A DNA stretch of 64,000 nucleotides from a virus (taxonomy: Duplodnaviria; Caudoviricetes). Below are positions 38,778 to 47,554 of the stretch, in pieces (positions within the stretch are counted from its first letter, which is position 1; every line of letters starts with the position of its first letter). The DNA is taken from IMG/VR virus record IMGVR_UViG_2806310702_000003, positions 25,379-89,378 of that record, one strand, 5' to 3'. The notes beneath the pieces were generated by a model. That model did no database searches and was not told the DNA's origin. It saw only the letters and a list, made by a program, of their open reading frames with translations. Made by a program: the position numbers and the translations under genes.

Positions 38778-38874
38778 TATAGTTGTTTTTTAGTTTTACA
38801 TGAAGAACAACTAAACTTCATAATCTAATTGAAATATATTATTTAAAGGGGATATTATGTATCTCACAATTATT

Positions 38875-38902
38875 ATTATACTCTTATTTTGAATTTTGTC
38901 AA
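38875..38902 (-). promoter_or_regulatory. Consensus SigA promoter
   Basis: TTGACA-16 nt-TATAAT on the minus strand. Confidence 0.8.
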
Positions 38903-38960
38903 CACTAATTTCGCACAAAAGAATTAAATTATATATATATTGTACTAAATCAGTTGTTTT

Positions 38961-40205
38961 CTAACATCTAGTAATACGTATTCTTCTTTCATTTTGTAGT
39001 GCTTCCATAGCGTATCTAAAAGCATCTAGTAAATGATTATAATCATCTATGGGTTTATTAAGTTGTTTACCTTCTTTATTACTATCCCAAACATAATTAT
39101 ATAACTCCACTTGAGTATTTTGACATTTAGGATGTATATATATTTTATATTGTAATATGTGTTGAATGCCATTAATTATACTGTCTTTACCTTTTCTAGC
39201 TTCTTTAATTCTGCTTATGCCTGCTCTGCGAATTTCTTCTATACTTTTAGGCTCTGCACTATCTGCAATTATGCTTTCCTTAGCAAATCCTTTATATTTA
39301 ATCATATCTGCTATTTGATTATTCAACATTCCCTTTTCATAATGCTCATCATAGATATATATTTCCTTATTTTCTTTATCTACTAATAAACAAATAAACG
39401 CAGTTGGGTCTGCTTTATAACCAAAATCTAATCCATTAGTAGGAATAACTCCAGGTCTTTTAGCAATTTCCCTGTAATCGAACTCCTTCTCCACCCAGTT
39501 ATCATATATAACGCCTTCTGCTATTCCCCATTCCCCTAAACCTTCTATAGCATATCTTCTAGGAGAAGTTTTTTTCATTTTCTCAAATATTTTTATATCA
39601 TCTTTTCCTAAAAATTCATTGCATTTGTAGTTGGTGGTCATAGCAAGTATATCATCGTCTTTAACATCAAAGAAACGTTTCTTTAACCAATGTTTTTCAT
39701 TCCAGGGGTTAAATGATAAAGTTATTTGTTTAAATAACCCTGGTGGCAACTCACCTCTTATAGACATATCAACCTTATTAAAATCATCTTCATTTGTAAC
39801 TTGATACGCTTCCTCAAACCAGCAAAAACATAGATAGCCAACCTCAACAGTTATAGAAGTAATAGACATAGGATCATCTAATCCTCTAAATAATATCTTC
39901 TGGCCAGTAGGTTTATAAATAATTTCCATAGGTGACTTTTTACATTGCCATAAATGTGATACTTTAAGCTGATGTATTGCCCATTTTAATTGTGCGTATG
40001 TACTATCCTTGTGAGTATTAAATACTTTCCTTATAACCAAAGTATTAGTTTCAGGGTATTTCATCATCCTATAAATTATATTTAAGGCGGTAGTTGTGGA
40101 CTTCTTGCTCCCTCTACCGCCTTTTACTACTCTATATCTGCCTTTGTAGTGCCAAAATTCAGAATATCCGCCACCAATTATTTTACTTAACTTTACAATT
40201 GCCAT
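38961..40205 (-). CDS. terL: Terminase large subunit (PBSX family)
   Basis: VKGGRGSKKS, WFEEA, SFNP, GLDFG, NHLLDAFRYA. Confidence 0.95.
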   Translation of the reverse strand: MAIVKLSKIIGGGYSEFWHYKGRYRVVKGGRGSKKSTTTALNIIYRMMKYPETNTLVIRKVFNTHKDSTYAQLKWAIHQLKVSHLWQCKKSPMEIIYKPTGQKILFRGLDDPMSITSITVEVGYLCFCWFEEAYQVTNEDDFNKVDMSIRGELPPGLFKQITLSFNPWNEKHWLKKRFFDVKDDDILAMTTNYKCNEFLGKDDIKIFEKMKKTSPRRYAIEGLGEWGIAEGVIYDNWVEKEFDYREIAKRPGVIPTNGLDFGYKADPTAFICLLVDKENKEIYIYDEHYEKGMLNNQIADMIKYKGFAKESIIADSAEPKSIEEIRRAGISRIKEARKGKDSIINGIQHILQYKIYIHPKCQNTQVELYNYVWDSNKEGKQLNKPIDDYNHLLDAFRYAMEALQNERRIRITRC

Positions 40206-40615
40206 TATTCTCTTTCCTCTTCCTCTAGATCATCTACAAATTGTATTGTTTCGTTTATATCTGCTTTTACCTCTTGCTTATCTACAAATAACCTATATCT
40301 TTTCCCTAGTAACTCTGCTGCTTTTGTCCTATCTTGTAAAGATGCATCTAATCCCAGTTGATCCTTTTCTTCTCCACGCATTACTTTAGTTAGATATTGT
40401 AATACCTCCTCTGCATCAGCTATCCTTTTATCCTCTAATTGCTTCATTCTTTTCTCGACGTATTGCTTTATATCTAGTTTTGTCAAGTTTTCGCTTGCTA
40501 TCTTATTCAAATTTTTGCCTTTATATCCCGCCATCTTTGCTGCTTCTGTAGCATTCCCTGTTTGTATATAATAATCACAAAATGCCTTTTGCTTAGGAGT
40601 TAATTTATTATCCAT
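40205..40615 (-). CDS. terS: Terminase small subunit
   Basis: LTPKQKAFCDYYIQTGNATEAAKMAGY, KAAELLGKRY. Confidence 0.93.
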   Translation of the reverse strand: MDNKLTPKQKAFCDYYIQTGNATEAAKMAGYKGKNLNKIASENLTKLDIKQYVEKRMKQLEDKRIADAEEVLQYLTKVMRGEEKDQLGLDASLQDRTKAAELLGKRYRLFVDKQEVKADINETIQFVDDLEEEERE

Positions 40616-40904
40616 TCATTTCACCTACTTTCTTGTATATCTCAACTAACTTCAATAATATTTCTGGTTTCTTAAATGTACTTAAGACCTCAACTTTTAC
40701 AAATTTATATTTATCTGGATTTTTCTTATTATCTGGATTTAATTTATTGTATTCCTCAATAGGCATTAAATAAAATAATTTATTTATATTTAATATCCTT
40801 CCAATTTTATTACTATAAATCTGTTCTCTATTCATTAAATATTTATATCCTTTGATTTCTAATGCTTTTAATAGTTTGAATATTTTCCCTTGAATATTTC
40901 TCAA
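40608..40904 (-). CDS. Hypothetical protein
   Basis: Overlaps terS start, RBS present. Confidence 0.6.
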   Translation of the reverse strand: MRNIQGKIFKLLKALEIKGYKYLMNREQIYSNKIGRILNINKLFYLMPIEEYNKLNPDNKKNPDKYKFVKVEVLSTFKKPEILLKLVEIYKKVGEMNG

Positions 40905-41011
40905 ATAATCACCTCAATACATATAAAATATTTCTTAATTATATTTTATCAAATAAAAAGAAACCTCGCATAAATCAAGATTTCAAGCACTTTTATTCTA
41001 TTAAAAAATTT

Positions 41012-41215
41012 TCATGTGAAATTTCTTTTTTTAACAACTTTTGATAAATGCTCCATCGTTTCTTTAGTTATAAGCCAGCTTCTGCCGCTCTTACGATAAT
41101 CCTTTTCCAATATTAAATCGTGGCTTCCTTTTTGACATATACTTTTTAAAGTCCATATGTTTATATTGTATTTTTCTGATGCTTCTTTCAAATCCATTAC
41201 GTCCGATATTTTCAT
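41012..41215 (-). CDS. Small winged-HTH (excisionase-like) protein
   Basis: VMDLKEASEKYNI...DYRKSGRSWLITKE. Confidence 0.7.
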   Translation of the reverse strand: MKISDVMDLKEASEKYNINIWTLKSICQKGSHDLILEKDYRKSGRSWLITKETMEHLSKVVKKRNFT

Positions 41216-41344
41216 TTTTTATTAACCCTCCTTATTCTCCTCTAAAATATTCACTAAAAATTTTTTAAATTCTTCTTTACATTTTTCATAGTCCCAATAT
41301 GGAATTTTAAAACCTTTCATTTTTAACCCCTCCTGTTTCCCTTT

Positions 41345-42004
41345 TTAATTATTAGCTAGGCTTTTACAGCCAATTATTCTTCCAACTTCATCTCTTACCA
41401 TATCATTAGGAACCAATAAATCCTGTCTGTCAGGTAATGCTTGACGCATTAATCTACTTACGATATAGTAAGTACCTTCTTGTTCTTCTGGAAGTCCTGT
41501 AACTTCTCCAAAAGTAGTAGAAGTAATTGGAACGTTCCCTATAATTCCTACATCTTTTGTAGTTTGTTGGCATCTTGCCTCCCCTTGTGAAGGAAAATCT
41601 TGCATCTTATTTCCTTCTGAGTCTATTATGTTGACAGTATGAGGCGTATAGTTTAAAATCACACCTTGTTTTTCTAAAGCAACTTGTGGCTTTTCTACAA
41701 TTACCCTTATATCGTCGTCGCTTATCCAACTATTATCGATATTTCTAATATCGATATGAGCTACTTGGTCAGCTACATCTTGCCAACCATGATTCCATAT
41801 TTGGAATCCTTTAACTAAACCATTTATATCTTTTATTTCCGTTATGTATTTATATTCGTTTATTTGTCCTGTTTTTAATTCTACTTTTTGTCCCTTGTAT
41901 AAAACTTTAATTTTCATCATTTTTAATTTCCCCTTTTCTTTTTTATTTAAGTTGATTTCCTCAACCTCTAATGAGAGTATATCACCTTTTAAGGTGTATG
42001 TCAA
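41345..42004 (-). CDS. Moron protein with conserved C-terminal phage domain (true start probably near MMKIKV)
   Basis: NYTPH...GLPE...YIVS...VRDEVGRIIGC. Confidence 0.65.
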   Translation of the reverse strand: MTYTLKGDILSLEVEEINLNKKEKGKLKMMKIKVLYKGQKVELKTGQINEYKYITEIKDINGLVKGFQIWNHGWQDVADQVAHIDIRNIDNSWISDDDIRVIVEKPQVALEKQGVILNYTPHTVNIIDSEGNKMQDFPSQGEARCQQTTKDVGIIGNVPITSTTFGEVTGLPEEQEGTYYIVSRLMRQALPDRQDLLVPNDMVRDEVGRIIGCKSLANN

Positions 42005-42267
42005 CAGTTTTTTAAAATTAATTTTAATTCTTTTTTTTCTAAATTTAAAAAGGCACTTTTTATATATTCGCCCTCAATCTTTAAATCTTTTAAAGCAATT
42101 TCATTTAGTGGTTTAACTTCATAATCAACATTTTTAACGTTTTTTATAACAAACTTAATTAATTGATTAGCTTTTAAAATTCCTTTTTCACCGCGTTTTA
42201 CTATCTGGTTTGAAACTTTAATTTTAATTGTTTTCATTTTACACACTCTTTTCTTTTCAATGTTCAA
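42001..42267 (-). CDS. Hypothetical protein
   Basis: ORF downstream of a promoter at ~42275-42305. Confidence 0.45.
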   Translation of the reverse strand: MNIEKKRVCKMKTIKIKVSNQIVKRGEKGILKANQLIKFVIKNVKNVDYEVKPLNEIALKDLKIEGEYIKSAFLNLEKKELKLILKNC

Positions 42268-42334
42268 TCTTTAATTATATATTACCACCTTTAAAGGTGT
42301 GTCAATGTTTTTTTATAAAAAGATAAAGAGAAAT

Positions 42335-42532
42335 TTAATTCTCTTTATCTCCTTTAAGCAACTTAATATCATAGACATTTATTCTATATTTAGTTGTCTT
42401 TTCCACTTTACTTTTTTTAATTTTATAATCATATTCTTCTACCCTTACAAATACATCTGTAGGACTTAAAAACCCTTCTATAATACCTTTTTTATTGTAA
42501 GGACATATAACTCTATCACCTAATTTAATCAT
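42335..42532 (-). CDS. Hypothetical protein
   Basis: IKLGDRV SH3/KOW-like start. Confidence 0.5.
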   Translation of the reverse strand: MIKLGDRVICPYNKKGIIEGFLSPTDVFVRVEEYDYKIKKSKVEKTTKYRINVYDIKLLKGDKEN

Positions 42533-42674
42533 TTAACACACTCAAAACAAGTTATTCCACATTTATCACCTATTTAGTTTTTTTGAACTAAATTAGTTGT
42601 TTTTTTAATTAAAAAAATATAAACCTTTTATATAATTATAACTTGAAACAACTAATTTAGCTTAATGTTACTTT

Positions 42675-43190
42675 TTAATATCCTTGATCCTGTCTTTTAA
42701 AATTAATAGCATTCTTTTTATAGTAAGCCATTTCTATTTCTTTATCCGTAAAACCTAATTTATATCCAAAACCCAAAAGTGCTTGAACCATTTCTATATA
42801 TAAGTATTCAGTTAAATCTTTATGTTTTTTATTTCTAGCACTTTTTAAAGAACATAATGAATTAGTTATATAAATAAAATCCTCACACAAATCCCCTAAT
42901 TCCATTCTGGCTATATAATTATGTTCTTTTATTAAATCTCCTCCTATCATATTTCCTATGCTTAATGCAAAATGTAATACATCTGCATATTCTTCTGCAA
43001 TAACTTCTTTTGGAGAAGAACCTTTATTACTCCAATATTTAAAAAATCTAACCTCATTGCTGCATTCTCCAAGTTCTACTATTAGAGATACAACTGTATT
43101 ATTAAATAAATCTTTCCCTTCTAAGTCATGTTCTCTTATAATTCTTTTATCTAATTTTGCCTGTTGATTAAACATCTCTCTTAAAATCAT
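42675..43190 (-). CDS. Dimeric dUTPase
   Basis: LIVELGECSNE..FKYWS, EEYADVLHF, YYKKNAINFKRQ. Confidence 0.9.
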   Translation of the reverse strand: MILREMFNQQAKLDKRIIREHDLEGKDLFNNTVVSLIVELGECSNEVRFFKYWSNKGSSPKEVIAEEYADVLHFALSIGNMIGGDLIKEHNYIARMELGDLCEDFIYITNSLCSLKSARNKKHKDLTEYLYIEMVQALLGFGYKLGFTDKEIEMAYYKKNAINFKRQDQGY

Positions 43191-43394
43191 TTTATTAACC
43201 TCCGTTATTTTATAACATTATATATTAAAACAGTAAAAAACATTAGTACTATAGCTACCGAACCTTTTTTATTTTTGTTTACTGCATCAACTGTTAACCC
43301 TAATAAAGCAAATGTTGCTGCAAATGCTATAATTCCCTTAAACATAATCCCCAACATTTTTATATCTCCTTTTTATTTTTTACAATAAATCATA

Positions 43395-44696
43395 CTAATG
43401 AGTAAAATCCAACTCTCCAACTAATTGATACTGTTCCAAGTATGCTAATTTTACGGTACCTAATTGCCCATCTCTGTTTTTCCTTATTAGCACTTCCATA
43501 ATTCCCTTATCTTCACTTTCTTTTTTATAATACTCATCTCTATAAAGCATGATGACTGTATCTGCATCTTGTTCTATATTTCCACTTTCTCTTAAATCTG
43601 CAAGAATAGGTCTATGATCTCCTCTATTTTCACAGGTCCTATTTAATTGAGATAAAAATATTACAGTACAATCTAATTCCTTTGCTAAAATCTTCCCCAT
43701 TCTACTCATGTCACCAACTTCTAAATCTCTAGTTGCTCTTTTAGTATGAGGTTTTAAAAGTCCTATGTGATCTATAAAAATTATATCAAGTTTATGTTGC
43801 ATTTTAAGCTTTTTACATCTTGCTTTTATATCTATCATACTAAGTTCAGAACTATCATCAATAAAAAGCTTATTAGTTGCTAATAACGAACTATCTTTTG
43901 CAATTTTGCTCCAATTATCATCTGTTATTTTCCCTGTGCTTATTTGCAAACTATTTATTTTACTTTTAGCTGCTAATAACCTTGTACCTAATTTTTCTTT
44001 TCGCATTTCTAAACTTGCATAGTAAACAACATTATTTCTACTTAATCTTTCAGCTAAATTTAAACTCAATACTGTTTTACCCATAGAAGGTCTACCAGCA
44101 ATTATAACTACATCTCCCTTTTGAAAACCGTTTAACGCTATATCTAACGCTTTTATTCCCGTTTCCATACCAACTACTTTCCCACCATTGTTATAGCTAT
44201 TTTCAACTGTTTCTATTGTAGCTGACATAGTTTGTTCCATTGTCCATATATTGCTTTTATCTTCTGCAAATGTTATTTCATTTTCAAAGGTCCCAAGAAG
44301 CTGTGACAAATCATTTTTGGTATCATATGCCTGCTGGAGAAGCAGCTGACTTTGTTCAATTATCTTTCTCCTTCTACTTAATTCTTTTATAACTTTAGCT
44401 GATGCTATTGCTTGTTGCTCTATAGCTATAGTATATCCTGCTAGTTCTGCAATGTAAGTTATAGATATTTCTTTTATGTTGCTACCTAATTTTGTGATTA
44501 TTGTAGTAGAACTTATTTTTATATCTTCTTTAAATAAATCTATTACAGTTTCATATATTACTTTGTTTTTAATAGAGTAGAAATCTTCTGGAGTTAACAT
44601 TTCTGCTATGTCACATAAAATTTTTTCATTTTGAATTATACTTGATAATACTTCCTTTTCTGCTTCTATGTTTTGTGGAAGTGGTCTATTATCCAT
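43395..44696 (-). CDS. dnaB: Replicative DNA helicase
   Basis: PQNIEAE, AGRPSMGKT, LSQLNR, DLRESGNIEQDAD, KNRDG. Confidence 0.95.
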   Translation of the reverse strand: MDNRPLPQNIEAEKEVLSSIIQNEKILCDIAEMLTPEDFYSIKNKVIYETVIDLFKEDIKISSTTIITKLGSNIKEISITYIAELAGYTIAIEQQAIASAKVIKELSRRRKIIEQSQLLLQQAYDTKNDLSQLLGTFENEITFAEDKSNIWTMEQTMSATIETVENSYNNGGKVVGMETGIKALDIALNGFQKGDVVIIAGRPSMGKTVLSLNLAERLSRNNVVYYASLEMRKEKLGTRLLAAKSKINSLQISTGKITDDNWSKIAKDSSLLATNKLFIDDSSELSMIDIKARCKKLKMQHKLDIIFIDHIGLLKPHTKRATRDLEVGDMSRMGKILAKELDCTVIFLSQLNRTCENRGDHRPILADLRESGNIEQDADTVIMLYRDEYYKKESEDKGIMEVLIRKNRDGQLGTVKLAYLEQYQLVGELDFTH

Positions 44697-45474
44697 TTAT
44701 ATCATTACCTCCCTGCTCCCAAAAACTAAAATCAAATTCTGTTGTTTTCTCTTTTTTCTTTTGTATATTTTCTTCAATTTCACACACATCATCTAAATAG
44801 TCCATATATCCACTTGTAAAGAAAGTATCTGCGTTTTGATACTTTAGGTCTTTAAAGTCTGTTTTTCGCTTTAAATCAACATATTTAACGTATCTAGCAA
44901 TACATCTCATCATTTGTTCATATCCATGTTCTTTTATAAGCTTAGGTATTTTTTTCATTGCCCTTGCTTTACCCTTTTTTAAAGGATATTGTTTCCAAAG
45001 TAAATCAGCTTGTTCATTTTGTGCATTGCTAAATGCACTATTATTAATATTGTTATTATTAATATTGTTATTATTAATATTGTTATTATTAGTGTCCGGT
45101 TTTATCGTATCCGGTTTTATCGTATCCGAAGATACCGTATCCGATAATTTAGGACATGGTGGATTTTTTAAATAATAAACATTATGTGTAAATTTCCCTT
45201 TATCCCTCTCTTTAGTTATCTCTATATACCCTTTTTCTTTAAGTTCTTTAAGATATTTATAAAAAGTGTCTTTGCTTATTCCCAATTCAAATTTTATTAA
45301 TTCAGCACCTGGAAAGGCACTTCCTTTATTTCCAGCATATACACACAAATATGCATATATTGCTTTTGCTTGAATATTTAAATTTGGATTTTTCATAATA
45401 TTTTTGGGTAATATACCATATCCAAATTCAAAATCACTTTGTATTCTATCAGCCATTTTTATCCCTCCTAACAA
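44689..45474 (-). CDS. Phage replication initiator (HTH) with internal iterons
   Basis: AKAIYAYLC, AFPG, LWKQYPLKKGK; DTIKP repeats. Confidence 0.8.
   Translation of the reverse strand: MLGGIKMADRIQSDFEFGYGILPKNIMKNPNLNIQAKAIYAYLCVYAGNKGSAFPGAELIKFELGISKDTFYKYLKELKEKGYIEITKERDKGKFTHNVYYLKNPPCPKLSDTVSSDTIKPDTIKPDTNNNNINNNNINNNNINNSAFSNAQNEQADLLWKQYPLKKGKARAMKKIPKLIKEHGYEQMMRCIARYVKYVDLKRKTDFKDLKYQNADTFFTSGYMDYLDDVCEIEENIQKKKEKTTEFDFSFWEQGGNDING
45038..45146. repeat. Tandem 15-bp repeats: likely lytic origin (iterons plus AT-rich tract)
   Basis: TTATTAATATTGTTA-type x3, then CGTATCCG-containing units at 15-bp spacing. Confidence 0.65.
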
Positions 45475-45534
45475 CTAATTCAACGATTTAGCTTTCTTTT
45501 TGTGCTGAATTAGTTGTTTTTTTGTTTTAAAAAA

Positions 45535-45780
45535 TTAACAATAATATCTTCTTCTAGTAGATTCTCCACCTCTGATGTGCCTTACTTTTAAGTTGTAATC
45601 TAATACTTTTCTAACTTCTTTTGCTAATTTGGGATTTACTAACTCTAATCTTTTTGTTGCATCCTTATGAATAGTGCTTTGACTAACGCCAAAAACTTTC
45701 GCTGCTTTTCTGATAGTAGCTTTAGTTTTTAAAAGATAAGCTCCAACCTCTCTTGACCTATTTGCTACATAATCTTTCAC
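45535..45780 (-). CDS. spoIIID: Sporulation regulator SpoIIID homologue
   Basis: KATIRKAAKVFGVSQSTIHKDATKRL...RHIRGGESTRRRY. Confidence 0.9.
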   Translation of the reverse strand: MKDYVANRSREVGAYLLKTKATIRKAAKVFGVSQSTIHKDATKRLELVNPKLAKEVRKVLDYNLKVRHIRGGESTRRRYYC

Positions 45781-46145
45781 TATAATACACCTACCTTTGC
45801 ATTATAGGTAACTCTTTTAAGTCTTTCTCCAGCCTCAATCCATAAATCTTTCGCAATATCAAATTCACTAAAACAACAAGCTTCTACATCATATTGTTCA
45901 CTAGCGTTGCTATATAATTTTATAAGTTTTAACATATGTTTTGCAATAACCGGATCACTGTATCTTGTAATTTCAACTTCATTATTTCCAAGATTGTGGC
46001 ATATTGCATAACCATTTATTTCTTCTATCCCATAGACTGGTTTAATATATAAATCTTCCTTAGCAGCAATGTGTAATTTCCCATTTAAATCTCTTATTTT
46101 CATATTTTCCTCCCAATTTATAATTATTTTTATGATACTATACAA
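45780..46145 (-). CDS. Hypothetical protein
   Basis: ORF in early operon. Confidence 0.55.
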   Translation of the reverse strand: MYSIIKIIINWEENMKIRDLNGKLHIAAKEDLYIKPVYGIEEINGYAICHNLGNNEVEITRYSDPVIAKHMLKLIKLYSNASEQYDVEACCFSEFDIAKDLWIEAGERLKRVTYNAKVGVL

Positions 46146-46312
46146 TGTTTCAAAAATTTATAGTTTACTTCTGCTTTAGCCATTTTTTCAGTAAGCATAT
46201 TCTCTAATTCAACTAGTTGTTCATATATCTTCATTCTTTTTTTAAAATTATCTTCTAATACAATTTTAGAAGTAAGCATAATAATCTTAGTCTTTATATC
46301 CCAAATACTCAT
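46130..46312 (-). CDS. Hypothetical protein
   Basis: RBS GGAGG. Confidence 0.5.
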   Translation of the reverse strand: MSIWDIKTKIIMLTSKIVLEDNFKKRMKIYEQLVELENMLTEKMAKAEVNYKFLKHCIVS

Positions 46313-46330
46313 TATAAATCCCTCCTGTAA

Positions 46331-46939
46331 TTATTTTTTAAGCTTCTCATATCCAGCACATAGCTCATCATATTGCGCTTTTGTCATTTCGTGTAAATGT
46401 TGAACATTATACTTTTTCATTGCTTGTGCTTTAATAACATCTGGACCATATCCGGCATTTTTTGCAATTGCATATAATCTTTTTATTTGTGCATCACTTA
46501 AATTACCTTTATTTGCACTTGTTTTGCTCTTATTTGCGCTCGTATTGCCAGTATTTGTTGTATCACTGTCTTTAGTATCGTCAATGCAAAACAAACCATT
46601 TAAAGCATATTTACGAGCGTAGGAAGATGTACTTCCTGTAAGCTGACTTGCATCCATACCCTTTTTGTTTTCTTCTTCTCTAGCAAATGCACTTACACTT
46701 TCTTTATCTCCTGTTTCGACATCTGTAACAGTTGCAGTTGCTTTAATGTAATATCTATCCCCTATAAGCGTTATTTCATCTGCTATTGTTAAAGAAAGCT
46801 TATTATCTAACAATAGTGGTTTAACTGCTTCTAAAATATCTTCGCAATTTCTATAAGAATATTTTCCAAAGTTGTTGTATTGGCTTTTAGGTGCTTTTAA
46901 TTCGCTTTGCACCTTCATTAATTTTTCGTATATTCCCAC
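46331..46939 (-). CDS. ERF-family ssDNA annealing protein
   Basis: LKAPKSQYNNFGKYSYR, GSTSSYARKYAL. Confidence 0.9.
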   Translation of the reverse strand: MGIYEKLMKVQSELKAPKSQYNNFGKYSYRNCEDILEAVKPLLLDNKLSLTIADEITLIGDRYYIKATATVTDVETGDKESVSAFAREEENKKGMDASQLTGSTSSYARKYALNGLFCIDDTKDSDTTNTGNTSANKSKTSANKGNLSDAQIKRLYAIAKNAGYGPDVIKAQAMKKYNVQHLHEMTKAQYDELCAGYEKLKK

Positions 46940-46950
46940 TTAAATCCCCC

Positions 46951-47487
46951 CTATTCAACTTTTATTGATACTGTTTCAACTTCCTCTACATCTACACCTG
47001 GAAGTATTTCTCCAGTTTCTGCATTAACTCCATCTTTAAATGCCTTTTTTAATTCTGCTTTATTTAACTCTTGCTTAATTTTTATTAAGTTGTTATATCC
47101 ATTACTGTTAAGATAATTAAGCGTTTCTACTTCATCTCTATAATTCCATTTTGTACTTTTTCTAGCACTTACTTTTCCATATGGTGTTGATAATTTGAAT
47201 TTCTTATCTTGTTGTTTTTGTTCAACGTAGTAATTTTGTAGCAACACTTCAAAATATTCTATGCTATTCTTTGCACTTTCGTTTTCTTTCTTTTCCCACT
47301 CATCAATTCTAAATTTTTCGGCATCTGCTAATGCTTTGTTTTCCGCTATTTGTTCTTTTAATGCTCTTATTTTTCTGAAACACCAGTTAGCACTTTCCAA
47401 ACTATCTACTTTAAATCCTGTTACTTCTTCTTGCATAACATGATTCATTTCTTGTATTTCACTTTCAATAAATTTATTCAATTTCAA
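46951..47487 (-). CDS. Mu Gam-like host-nuclease inhibitor
   Basis: ANWCFRKI, KLSTPYGKV, GEILPGV. Confidence 0.75.
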   Translation of the reverse strand: MKLNKFIESEIQEMNHVMQEEVTGFKVDSLESANWCFRKIRALKEQIAENKALADAEKFRIDEWEKKENESAKNSIEYFEVLLQNYYVEQKQQDKKFKLSTPYGKVSARKSTKWNYRDEVETLNYLNSNGYNNLIKIKQELNKAELKKAFKDGVNAETGEILPGVDVEEVETVSIKVE

Positions 47488-47554
47488 CCCTCCTATTTAC
47501 ATTTTAATTACATTTACATAATATTGTATATGTAAACTTATTATTTTCACTTTA

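Larger units (their letters stand above)
1029..47554 (-). mobile_element. Apparently complete ~46.5-kb temperate myovirus phage-plasmid ('phage X')
   Basis: Between two 503-bp direct repeats lies one full module set (repressor, Rep, ParMR, lysis, contractile tail, head, terminase, DnaB/ERF). No integrase seen; a specific operator motif occurs only here. Confidence 0.75.
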
